From Octopus vulgaris (lineage: Eukaryota), in contig OX597820.1 of NCBI GenBank assembly GCA_951406725.2, positions 70,494,001 through 70,558,000 of the forward strand: 64,000 nt of DNA, read 5' to 3'. The notes beneath the pieces are model-generated. The model searched no databases. It saw only the letters and a list, made by a program, of their open reading frames with translations, and was not told where the DNA came from. Position 1 is the stretch's first letter, and each line of letters opens with the position of its first letter. This document shows positions 52,342-64,000 of the stretch, one piece after another. The position numbers and the translations under genes are program-made.

Positions 52342-55300
52342 AACTAGGGTTGGATTAATCGACTTACACTCTACCCCAAAATTTCCAGCCGTGTATCAAA
52401 ATTTGAAAACAATATTGTTGGGAACAGTTTTCTTTAATATCGTTGACTGCGATGCCCGTATAGTGTCTTACGATGTTGTCTAATAGTCTGTGTGACTGGA
52501 TTCTATAGAGTTCTATAGAGTAGGCTCATCTCAGTGAGCAGAGGGTAAACATTTTGGCATTTACATGCTGGAGTGTGCGTTGGAGGTTTTGTTGTGGTTT
52601 GTTTGCGCCTATTGTAGCGTGTGCTGTTTGAAGCGATATAGTCTAAGCAGGTATAACTGAATTTGAGTTTGTGAATATTGAAGAATTTTTAACACTTTTA
52701 TGTTCTTGAAAAAATACTAATTAAATGGCGTTAGGATGCCCCTAACTATGTTAGTTGTAATATTTCTAGGTCTTTTATTAATTGGCAGAAGTTGCTGATC
52801 GTGTCAGGTGCGAGAGTTTCGTGCGCTGGCACTTAGCACCAAACCTCTATGTAGAAGTACCACCCAAAAGGCTGCGCAATAGAATCAGATCCGAAACCAC
52901 TTGATTACCAAGCGAGCATTTTAACCCCTTAGTCCTGTCTGCACCTCTGCGCCCATTTTATGAATAATAGATAGTGTTATTTAAATATTATGAAAATGCC
53001 GAGAAGATAAATTTAAGTGAAAAGATTACTTGTAGTCTTTATGAAAATCATAAAGAAATTTAACCTTGATTTGCCGTCATTTCTCATTAGACTGAAAATA
53101 ACAGTTTAATACTTTTATCCCGATTTACGTCAGAAAGATTTTAATTGACGGAAGTGTAATAAAAGGGCCGATGTTTTGTTCATATAAAAATTTAACGATA
53201 TACATTAGCATGAACTAACTTTACTAAACCAGCAAAGTATCTCTCTATGAATTTCTTGATGGTTTTCTTTCTCTCTCTTTCGCACACACTCTCTCTCTTC
53301 CTCCCCGTTCTCTCTCTCCCAATTTCTTCCTCTTTCCCTCCTCTCTCTCACTCTCTCTGCAACCATGAGGCATACGTACATTGTCGTGTTACTGTTTTTA
53401 ATCTGTTGTTGCTAGCATAAGAACGCGAGTGTATGTGTGTATGCGTGCAGGTTATATATGTGCGCATAATGTCGTTTATGGGTATGTATGTTTGTGTGTT
53501 CTTGCATATATTTCATTATGCTTTTTATAGCTTTATGATTTGCATGCACCTGTGTGATAGGGTTGACTTGTATTAATGAGATGGTGGTGGTGGCGGTGGC
53601 AGGTTGTGATTGCGGTATTGTTGATCCACTCATTCTTTCTTTTGGTAGTGTGTGATGTCTGAAGTTCCCTTACAAAATGTATTCGTTTCTGTAACTTGTC
53701 AATCTGTTGGATCCTTGAAATGCGTAGAAGGAATATTTATTTCGACTTTTTATTTCAATATTTTTTCTTGATCCATTGATCCAGTGTATTTTAATGGTAT
53801 GTTAGACAAATATGGATTGTCCTCGTACTCACGTAAATTTATCTCCGATCCTTTCGCTTTTACTGCGGGCAGTTTCTCCGAATAGGTGGTAACGGTGTCG
53901 CTTTGTGCTGCTCTTTTATGCAGTTTATGTGGTATACTACAACCCTTGTATACTACAACCCTGTCGACTGATAGTGCACATCTGTAGCTGCTGCTTTTAT
54001 TGATATGACATACATAAAATTGACTTACATAACATTGACTTTCATAATATGGCATAAAAACTGATTTTAGTTTCAGTTCGTGTAGTTTTTTTCCTAAACC
54101 TATAAGCTACTTTACACCTGAGTAGCGAGTGTCAATGAAGTTTGTTGTTGACACACCACAAGTCATACCAACCTAGTTTTTCACTTATTTTTCTACTCTG
54201 TTCTTGAATTTGCTCTTGTGTTATAGAATATATTTCATTTTCATCATTACATATGATTTCGAACTTTTCCATTGCTCCTCGTGGTCACACCAGGGGAATT
54301 GCACACTATGGATAAAATTCTTTGTTTACTCAGTTCACAAGGTGTCTACATACAGGATACTTCGCTCATCAACTTAACTAGGTCTATTTTCAAGATGTTT
54401 ATTTTGCATTTGTTGACATAGCGTAGTTCTGTAGGACTGGTTATTTAGAGACCATAGGTTTCATATAATGCGAAGGGGGAATTTGTTTTTTTTTTTGTTT
54501 TTTTTTTTGCTGCCTATAGTTTCTATTCATTGTCCAGTATCTAGAATAGATAGTCATCTGTTAAGGCATTTGGACGGGTAGTCAATAGCCACCCGTATGC
54601 TCTACTAGAAAGATTTAATATGTGTCAGGCACTTTCTACAGTTCTTTTTTCTAATTTGCTGGAATTATCTTCTGGGGTTGCTTTAATCAAAAACTTCACA
54701 TAAGATGGAAGCTATTCATCATCATAATAGAAAAAGTCATCAGGCGGTTACCGTTAACTAAATTATTGGACTCCAAGCAGTCTATTTAAAATGAATTATA
54801 AATGAGCCATTGATTAAAATCAAAGTTCTAGATATTTTTTTCTTATTTACTTATTTACTTGTTTCAGTCAATAAACAGTGATCATGCAGGGGCATCACCT
54901 TTGATATGTTTATCAAAAGTATAAAGTAGACTACCATTCAAACTTAACTACATCCGTAATTCCTATAATCGTTATGGAAATTAAAACAGCCAGCATGATA
55001 ACTGTGATTACATAGTATACGTTTGGTGAGTGTGGCTGATGACAGTTCTGATGGTATCGTGGTAATAGTGGTTTGGTGTTGGAATTGATGGTGGTACCAG
55101 GAGTAGAAGTGCTGACTGATAAGTCGTTACGCATGGCTTGCTAAATAATTACGTTGTTTGTCATTGAAGATGAATCACAGATCTATATAATGCCAGCAGA
55201 ATTTTCAAGTTAATTGTATTCATTAATTGCTAACTCCATGATGTCATACTACTTTACTTCATCAGTCGATTTTAAGATCGGGATTTCGAGTAGGATCGTG

Positions 55301-55419
55301 AGTGGTGATTTTGTTTCTCTCGTGGAATATGTGAGAGAGAGCTTAAACAACGAATTTATGTCTTTCAAATATATTTATACTGTTTTCTAATAAATTAAAG
55401 CCGTTTTAGGCAATTATTA

Positions 55420-56698
55420 TCAGGCTAAGTAAAAAGTCAGCAACATTTTGAAACATGAAATTCATCACAATATATTTCAACAACGCGGAAATTTTATTCA
55501 TCAAAGTAAGTACCATTACAATCAATAAATTTTTGTCAACGAGTTACAAGTTTGTTTATTCCGGTAACATAAAAATCTGGAGTTGTGGAGCTGATGAACA
55601 CTTTAAAAGCACTTTCAGCATCGGTTTGATTTTTGAAATCCTTCTCTCGCAGGAAAACATCAAGGTGCTTGAAAAAGTGGTAGTCGGTAGGAGAAAAGTC
55701 TGGGGGAATAAGCTGGGTGGGGAAGAACTTCGTTGCCTCAAATTCTGGAGCGTCATTAGGGAAATGTATGGTTGAGCATTGTCATGAAGAATGATTTGCC
55801 CTCTTTTGTTGACCACTCTGGGACGGAGGAGTATTAGTTTTTCGTTCATTTTGGCAATTTCATGGCAATATGTTTCCGCAGTAATGGTTTTTCCAGGTTT
55901 TAAGAAGCTATAGTGGATGTGTCCAACAGTACAACACCAAACAGTTACCATAGCCTTCTTTGCAAAGAGCTCGGGTTTAGGGAAGATTTTCGGTGCTTCA
56001 TTTTGGTCCAACCACTGCGAAGAACGTTTTTTTTATTATTGTACAGAATCCACTTTTCCTTGCAAGTTACAATACGGTCGAGAAATGGATCAGTCTGGTT
56101 ACGGAGTTGAAGCGACGAACAAATTTCATATCTGCGCGTTTACAGATTTCCATTCAAATCGTGTGGTACCCATTTGTCGAGCCTTTTTGATTTTCCGATT
56201 GCATGCAAATGATTGCAGGCGGTTTTCTGACTAACTTGAAGTTCTTTTGCCAGTTCTCGAGTGGTTTTACGGGGATCTTTCTCTAGGAAGGTTTTTAATT
56301 GACCGTCATCGATGACGCTTGGGCGTTCACTACCCTCTCGATCTTCAAGGCTTAGGTATCCACTGCGAAATCAATTAACCCATTTTCGAGCTGACCACTC
56401 ACTGATCATTTCCTTACCAAACGCTTCGCTGACATCAAGAGCATTTTCAGCTGCTTTACGTTTTTTTTTTAAAGTTAAATAGCAAAATTGCTCGAATACC
56501 GCGCTTTCACAGTTCCATTTCAGATTATTGTAACAACAGCGAAAAATATTAATGTTAATTTATTGATGTATTTGGGCAAGTCTGTCTGTATTATCAGACG
56601 ATTGCAAAAAAAAATGTCCAAAAAAGTTCAAAACTCTGCAAAAATCCGGTACAAATTCTTCATGGTTCAAAACGTTGCTTACCTTTTACACTATCTGA
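55420..56698 (-). mobile_element. Full-length (~1.28 kb) degenerate mariner transposon, Hsmar1/cecropia-like
   Basis: TA-flanked imperfect TIRs TCAGGCTAAGTAAAAAGTCAGCAACATTTTGAA and TTCAAAACGTTGCTTACCTTTTACACTATCTGA; KKAMVTVWCC..HYSFLKPGKTITAETYC..IILHDNAQPY; frameshifted. Confidence 0.9.
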
Positions 56699-57100
56699 TA
56701 AAAGGCCTCTCATTATTGTGAAATAAATAAATAAGTAAAGTACTGTCCCAAGTCTTAGGTCTCAGAGAGTCGTTTCCCTGATTCGCAGACATATATGTGA
56801 CAAGCATTACAATATTTTCTCTGAATGGGACGTCAGCCCATTGCAAGGTTGCCCTTTTTACAGCTGAGTGGACTAGAGCAACAGGAAGTTAAATGTTTCA
56901 CTCAAGAACGCAACGCACGTGTTTTGTTAAGTTGCTGTTAGCCGTAAAAAATTTCATTCATAATTTTAGAAATAAATAAATCTGACATGAACAATCAAAA
57001 TGTAGATTATAAGAGAAGAACATCTGCTAAAGACAGTCAGATTGGGTCAACAATGTAAACTTGGTCCGGTAATGTTTGTGAAAAGAATGCTTAAAATAAT

Positions 57101-57347
57101 GAGGAGTGGCTGTGTGGTAAGTAGCTTGCAAAACAACCACATGGTTCTGGGTTAGCATTGCTTGACAACCAATGCTGGTGTGTTTACGTCCCCGTCACTT
57201 AGCGGTTCGGCAAAAGAGACTGATAGAATAAGTACTGGGCTTACAAAGAATAAGTCCCGGGGTCGATTTGCTCGACTAAATGCGGTGCTCCAGCATGGCC
57301 GCAGTCAAATGACTGAAACAAGTAAAAGAGTAAAGAGTAAAAGAGGC
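57101..57347 (+). mobile_element. SINE family A with internal deletion (no microsatellite)
   Basis: Head joined directly to GCTTGACAACC tail. Confidence 0.8.
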
Positions 57348-58265
57348 TGTTAATGCATCAAAATGCAGAAGAATTAGAAAAAGAAATAATTAACAAAAAT
57401 ACTTCCCACTAATTGATGGAAATAGAGAGTATTTTGTTATAGACACATTAATCTCAAGGGAAATGTGCTAATTTTTTTATCAGATGAAATATGTTTTCTT
57501 GAGAATATTAACAATGTGAACAAAAGTGGATTCATTTTTGTGTAATGGTGTAGCATAATTATTTGTTTAAAATTTATTAATGAAAGAGAATTTATATAAA
57601 AAATTTAAGTAAACTGGATAATAGCTAAGACAATCTTAATGAAATGCATTGTCTTGAAGAGGACTACTCGAAATTGTTTCTAAAGGCATAGATTTTCTGA
57701 AACAACTTAAGAAACTCCTTTTGAGGAAGAATTATAGCTTGTTGTAGATGAATTCCTTGAAAGAGCCCGAAACTGTTTTTAAATTGAGGAGCTAGAAAAT
57801 TGTATAGCTCTTGAGAACACACTTGAAGTGGAAACTATAATGACGGGGGTAAAAATATGTCAAGAAACGCCTGTTGTAGACTCTAAATTAACAGCAGAGA
57901 ATATACCAAAACGAAGAATATCTTTCATAAGCTTCTACAACCAATGTAGTGATACGAGAGACGCAAAACATGCTACATTGCGAAGTGCAACATCAAGCAG
58001 AAGAAACTAAAAAATCAATATATGATCAATCCATTAATGAGCTATTAAATGCGAACAAAATGAATCGATAATGAAGGTATTTTAAATGCATAACCTTTTA
58101 TATATTCCAGTGAATCCTAATAAGATCAACTCAATAATTTTTATGGTAATGTAATGTCGCTTATAACTCTGGATATAATTATGGAAATTCCACGGGATAC
58201 ATGTGTTCATCTCTTCTACAGGACAGATAAATATAATGCATTGAATACGTATAATTATATAAGGG

Positions 58266-59080
58266 TACTCTAGGCGCAAGGCCCGAAATTTGGGGTGGGG
58301 GAGGGGGCCAGTGGATTAGATCGACATCAGTATGCAACTGGTACTTAATTTATCGACCCCGAAAAAAAAATGAATGGCAAAGTCGAACTAAGCGGAATTA
58401 GAACTCAGAAGGCAAAGACAGACGAAATACCTATTTTTTTACTACCCACAAGGGGCTAAACACAGAGAGAACAAACAAAAACAGACAAACGGATTAAGTC
58501 GTAACAAAGACAGACAAACGGATTAAGTGCGTAACTGGTACTTATTTAATCGACCCCGAAAGGATGAAAGGCAAAGTCAACCTCGGCGGAATTTGAACTC
58601 AGAACGTATCGGCAGACGAAATACGGCTTCGCATTTCGCCCGGCGTGCTAACGTTTCTGCCAGCTCACCGCCTTATGTATACTGTTTTATTATAGATGGT
58701 TGTATAAGGTGGTGTGCTAGCAGAATTGTTTGCACGCTGGGTAAAATGCTTAGAAGCATTTCGTCCGACTTCACGTTCTGAGTTCAAATTTGCCTTCGTC
58801 TTTTCGAGATCGATAAAATAAAGTAGCAGTTGAACACGGGGAAGGATGTACTCGTCCCCAACCCACCAACGCCAACCCCATAAAACGTCAGTTGTAGTTG
58901 GTGAAAAATATCTTGCGGTATTTGTTCCAACTCTACATTCTGAGTTCAAATCCCACAGAGATCAACTGCACTCTTCATCCCTCTGAGTTCGATAAAATAA
59001 CACTCCAGTCAAGTACTGTGATCGATGTAATCGACCGGTCCTTCCTCCCCAAAACTACTAGCCTTGTGTCGAAATTATGT
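58266..59080. mobile_element. SINE family C cluster (minus dimer 58266-58675, plus copies after)
   Basis: Central domains and Tx1-like tail. Confidence 0.8.
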
Positions 59081-59489
59081 AGATTTGTTATGGTTTGCAT
59101 GTTTAATTCTAGTGTTAATTAATATGATAGTTAATTGCTTATGCTCGAAATTTTATAGTTTCGATCATTAAGTACTTGGAATCTAAAAACAGATCTAATC
59201 AAAAGCTGATTAGTGTAAAGAGATTTAAAAGTGCGTTCTATTTATTTTAATATGTATTCGTTTATCCTTCCGTGTTTGCGGATATAAAATTATGTATTTC
59301 GCTTGCATTTGTAATTACATTTTCATCCTTAATAAATTGAAGCAACAGAACTTTAAATATTCAGAAAGTTGAAACAGTACTGTACTAATGCTTTCATTAT
59401 AGAATACAAATGACTTTCATTGAAAACTAATACCGCTATTACAAAATGTTTATATTCCTTATCCAAGTAATTAATATATAACAAGAGCA

Positions 59490-60085
59490 AGACAGTGAGC
59501 TGGCCGAAACGTTAGCACGCCGGGCGAAATGCTTAGCCGTATTTCGTCTGCCGCTCCGTTCTGAGTTCAAATTCCGCCGAGGTCGACTTTGCCTTTCATC
59601 CTTTCGGGGTCGATTAAATAAGTACGAGTTACGCACTGGGGTCGATATAATCGACATAATCTGTTAGTCTGTCCTTGTTTGTCCTCTCTCTGTTTAGCCC
59701 TTTGTGGGTAATAAAGAAATAGGTATTTCGTACGTCTTTACGGTCTGAGTTCAAATTCCGACGAGGAATTCATCAAATTCGTCCTTTCGGGGTCGATAAA
59801 TTAAGTACCAGTTATGCACTTGAGTCGATGTAATCGACTTAATCCTTTTGTCTGACTTTGTCCCCTCTATGTTTAGCCCCTTGTGGGCAATAAAGAACTA
59901 AGTAACATTATAGGAATGCTTAGCTGTATTTCGTCTGTTTTTACGGTCTGAGTTCAAATTCCACTGAGGTCGACTTTGCCTTTCAGGATCGATAAATTAA
60001 ATACCAGTTGCGTACTGGGGTCGGTCTAATCGACTGGCTCCCTTCCTCAAAATTTTGGGCCTTGTGCCTAGAGTCGAAAAGAATA
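59490..60085 (+). mobile_element. Trimeric SINE family C
   Basis: One head, three bodies, two Tx1-like tails and a terminal tail2. Confidence 0.8.
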
Positions 60086-60088
60086 TAT

Positions 60089-60574
60089 AACAAGCACTCA
60101 GAGAGTGCAAACCTCCGCCAAGGCAACACCAACGTTCTCTTAACGATTAGTTAGAGATATTTTTTAAATAAGAATATCTTAAATAAATTTGACTGCTGTC
60201 ACAAATGAGAATACTAAGCATGAACCCGAACGCTTTCAAAAATTAAGAAAAAAATACTCGGAAAAATAATCCAGAATTATTTTCCGGCACCGGATCGATC
60301 CCAAAATCTAATCAGTTTGTGCCAGCCACGATGCCAAACATCCCTGAAAGTTTCATCCGAATCCATCCAGCGGTTCTTGAGATGTCTTGTCCACAGACAA
60401 ACAAACAAACACGACTGAAAATAATACCTATTTATTTATTACCCACAAGGGGCTAAGCACAGAAGGGACAAACAAGGATTACATCGACCCCAGTGCGTAA
60501 CTAGTACTTATTTAATCGACCCCGAAAGGATGAAAGGCAAAGTCGACCTCCGCCTTAGCGAAGGCAGAGGTAAT
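60089..60574. mobile_element. Helentron-associated (HINE/DINE-like) element containing a SINE C fragment (~60429-60545)
   Basis: Subterminal ACCTCCGCC, short (ACAA)n, terminal hairpin ACCTCCGCCTTAGCGAAGGCAGAGGT. Confidence 0.6.
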
Positions 60575-61206
60575 ATACACTGTTAAAAAATACTGGAAAA
60601 AGAGACCTTATTATTGCGTCAATTCTTTTTTTTTTAAGGTTCTAAATTTCTGATACCCAAAGACAGCAAAAAAAAAAAACCCAAAAAAACCTAATAAATG
60701 CTTTGAAACATCATGATAACAAGTTGGTGAATGGCTAATGAAACCATAATTAAACAACTTCTGCAAATTTTTAATTGCATTTTATTTGCTAGAATAAGAT
60801 AGAATAAAATAAATATATTATTTAAATTATCTTTAAATACCTGAATTTTAATCCAGTTAAAAATAGAAAAAAAAACTGAAGCAAATTCCAAAATAATAGT
60901 AAAATAACTTAAGACATAACGTGAGGATATTCGTTAAAAATGAAATTATCGCATGCGTAGCTGCGTAGTAAGAAGTTTGGTTGTGAGTTCAGTGTCCGTG
61001 TGGCACCTTGGACAAGTTTTTTTTCTTCTCTAGCCCAGAGTATGTGTGAGTTTGTCATTACCTCCCACAACCACTTGACAAAAGAAGTATATTTACGCCC
61101 CCGTAAGTTAGCTGTTCGACAATAGACACCGATAGAATAATTATCAGACTTGAAATTTAAGTACTTCGACTAACTTCTTCAAGTGTGTGTGTATGTGTGT
61201 GTGTTG

Positions 61207-61283
<77 letters not shown>

Positions 61284-61870
61284 ATGTGTGTTCCTTATGT
61301 AACCAGCTCAATGTGAACAGGCAGTATATTTCACTGATGGACGTTATAGGTTCAACTCTTACCATGTTATCTTTACCGCTAATGCAACATCAGGCATCAC
61401 CACAATCAACCACAATCAGTATTATTACCCATAACCACCTCAACAACAAACACCTACAACACAGCGACTCCCATCCGCTGCTGATCATTAGCAACGCTAC
61501 TACTGCAACCACTACATATACATACATCTATTATAACTAGTAATATTTCTGGTAACAATGTTACGCATGTAATGCCTATAGTCGCTACTGAGAAGACAGC
61601 TACAGCCTTGTCAACTACGGAAACGTGATTATCGTAGCGTGGGATGGCGCTGAATCGGAGATTTTGTAATGATTATGACGGTGATATCGTATGCATTTTA
61701 ATGTTGGGAATGGAACCGCTAGTGTGTAAACTTGATCAGTTTTACTAGTTACATTGGCATACATACATTAATACAAACACACGCTCACACGTATACACAT
61801 ATATATAGTGAATTCAAATAAACGAACCATAAAATTAAGAGTAACAAACAGCAAGAAGATATCCATATAC

Positions 61871-61903
<33 letters not shown>

Positions 61904-62065
61904 TATATATATATATATATACATACATACATACATACATGCATACATACATATATATATATAATATATATGTGTATATATATATTGATAAAAATGGTAA
62001 GACAACAAAAGAAAGAAAGAGACCTCGATATTATATAAATAGAGAAATTTATCTGTAAATGTAGG

Positions 62066-62162
62066 ATGTGACAATTATTCGGTAGCCATGATGGCGGCGT
62101 GGATTTCAACCTCGGCATCTGAAACTCGGAGTTTTATCATGGCTACCGAATAATTGTCACAT
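62066..62162. repeat. Perfect 27-bp inverted repeat with 43-nt spacer (micro-MITE or hairpin)
   Basis: ATGTGACAATTATTCGGTAGCCATGAT (62066-62092) and ATCATGGCTACCGAATAATTGTCACAT (62136-62162). Confidence 0.9.
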
Positions 62163-62171
62163 ATAAGATAC

Positions 62172-62284
<113 letters not shown>

Positions 62285-62361
62285 AATTGCAGCGTGGAAG
62301 GTGTTTATAAGCCATTTAAGAAACACACAAAGCCGTTCGATTCATCAACATTTAAGTTTAA

Positions 62362-62411
62362 TTTGTCAAAATATTTTCGTCGCTAGAATCCGCGACCTGT
62401 TCACTGACAAA
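62362..62411 (-). ncRNA. Candidate minimal hammerhead ribozyme with G3:C8 core variant
   Basis: UUUGUCA-GUGAACA-G-GUCGC(GGAUUCUA)GCGAC-GAAA-AUAU-UU-UGACAAA. Confidence 0.55.
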
Positions 62412-62457
62412 GTCCGTGCTGCAGCACACGATAGATCAAATTACTTGTGACATCTCC

Positions 62458-62608
62458 GGATGAAAATTCTACCGCGGTAAATCCCACCAGGTAAATTTCA
62501 CCACAGGTAAATTCCACCACGGTATATTCCACCATGGTAAATTTCACCATAGGTGAAATTATCATTACCATCATAGCCACTACCACCATCACCATCACCA
62601 CCTCTATG

Positions 62609-62639
<31 letters not shown>

Positions 62640-63197
62640 ACATCATCATATTACATTGATTACGGATATTATGGAAATAAAAAAAATACATAAAACATAA
62701 TACCAATAATGTCAATTAATATAAAACATACGAAGGAGAAAAAATAATTAAGGAACAATTACACAAAGAAATACACAGCGAATACTGTAAACACCTTTAT
62801 CCCAAATTATATTATTTTTGAAATTTTGTAATGAGTCTTTTTCATAGATTCTTTCTCGATGGGAGTATATTAAAGTGATCCCATCTTAATCCAAGTAGAT
62901 TATAAAGATTATTTTCTATCTCACCTTCAGACTCCCCCCCTCTCTCTCTCTCTCTCGCTCGCTCTTTCGCCCTCGCTCTTTCTCACTTCTTAAGATTTGA
63001 GAGACAGGCAGATTAAAAAACATAGGTATTAACCCACGGTCTAAATAAATTGACCACGACGATTATTAGCGGGAGCAGCTTATATTGGAAGTTTGTCCAT
63101 GTGCGAAATTTACCATGGTGGAATATACCATAGTAGAATTTACCTATGGTGAAATCACCCTCGTGGAATTTTCCGTGGTGGAATTTACCTAGAGCCA
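62458..63197. mobile_element. Foldback-type non-autonomous DNA element with inverted arrays of a ~15-bp unit
   Basis: GGTAAATTCCACCAC-like tandem units at 62458-62560 and their reverse complement at 63101-63197. Confidence 0.65.
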
Positions 63198-63214
63198 TAT
63201 ATATATATACAAAA

Positions 63215-63749
63215 TATTATGAGAATTGAAGCTCCCCAAAGGTCAATCACAAAAATGATAGATGGCATGTCAGACCTTGACTACTGGGGTAGACTAGAGA
63301 AGCTGAAACTATATTCACTCCAACGACGCCGTGAACGCTACATTATCTGTATGATGTGGAAAATATTCCATCAGCACTGTCCGAATGATGTTGGCATCAC
63401 CTTCAAAATACATCCAAGGCTTGGACCACAACAAAAATCTAAATCGCATCACATAACGACAATACGGCACAACTATTTCACCTCAATTGGACCCGCTCTC
63501 TCTTCAACATTACACCAGGACACGTCAAAAAAGAAACTGACCACACAAAATTCAAGAAGTCTTTGGACAAATTCCTTCAAACAGTCCTGGACAAACCACC
63601 CACACCCGGATATGTCTTCGCAAACAATAACTCTCTGCTCGAATGGGCCTCGGTGCCCAAATCCTGAATTGAAAGACTTTGCCAGGTGGTGCTATTAAGT
63701 TAGACATGGCCTGGGCCAATACTGGCCAAAACCTTTCTATTATTCTAAG

Positions 63750-63750
<1 letters not shown>
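63215..63750 (+). mobile_element. CR1/L2/Jockey-group LINE 3' fragment
   Basis: QRSITKMIDGMSDLDYWGRLEKLKLYSLQRRRERYIICMMWKI; ends at (TA)n. Confidence 0.85.
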
Positions 63751-63823
<73 letters not shown>

Positions 63824-64000
63824 ATACAGTTATATTTATATATGCGCAGTCGTGGCTGTATGGTAAGAAGCTTCCTTCTCGGCCAAATAGTTATGGTTTC
63901 AGTCCCACCGCGTGGCACCTTGGGCAAGTGTCTTATAAACAGGAGATACAAATATTACAGGTACTCCCCCACACACACACTAACTAAACATAGACACACA

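Noticed and set aside
57350-58080. Possible hAT transposase remnant
   Set aside because: A-rich with many stops; no diagnostic motif or termini seen.
59490-60085. Regularly repeated units as a CRISPR-like array
   Set aside because: Eukaryotic SINE multimer; the units are homologous throughout with no unique spacers.

Overview
AT-rich, microsatellite-dense animal genomic DNA. The SINE families and repeat landscape point to an octopus or other coleoid cephalopod; this is inference, not a database match. The window is almost entirely intronic sequence of one large minus-strand gene. Two coding exons are visible: 20871-21038 encodes the C-terminal half of a RIM/rabphilin/Slp-type Rab-effector zinc finger (WRCAHC...KTGTWYHG), and 2689-3511 is an 823-nt disordered linker rich in kinase and phosphatase motifs. 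They join in phase across a 17.4-kb intron, and no further upstream exon was found in the remaining ~43 kb. The rest is dozens of tRNA-derived SINEs (three main families) plus decayed Penelope, Tx1, R4/Dong, RTE and CR1/L2-type retroelements, mariner elements, Helitron/Helentron-type elements, MITEs and a tRNA-Ala pseudogene. The most unusual signals are: (i) a tRNA-headed element carrying minimal hammerhead ribozymes in inverted arms (7377-7765); (ii) a separate minimal hammerhead whose core has a compensatory G3:C8 swap (62362-62411); (iii) a 3' tail shared between a Tx1-type LINE and the dominant SINE family; and (iv) several long inverted repeats that would form dsRNA in the pre-mRNA. Repeat boundaries were read by eye and are approximate, and SINE copies are listed selectively.
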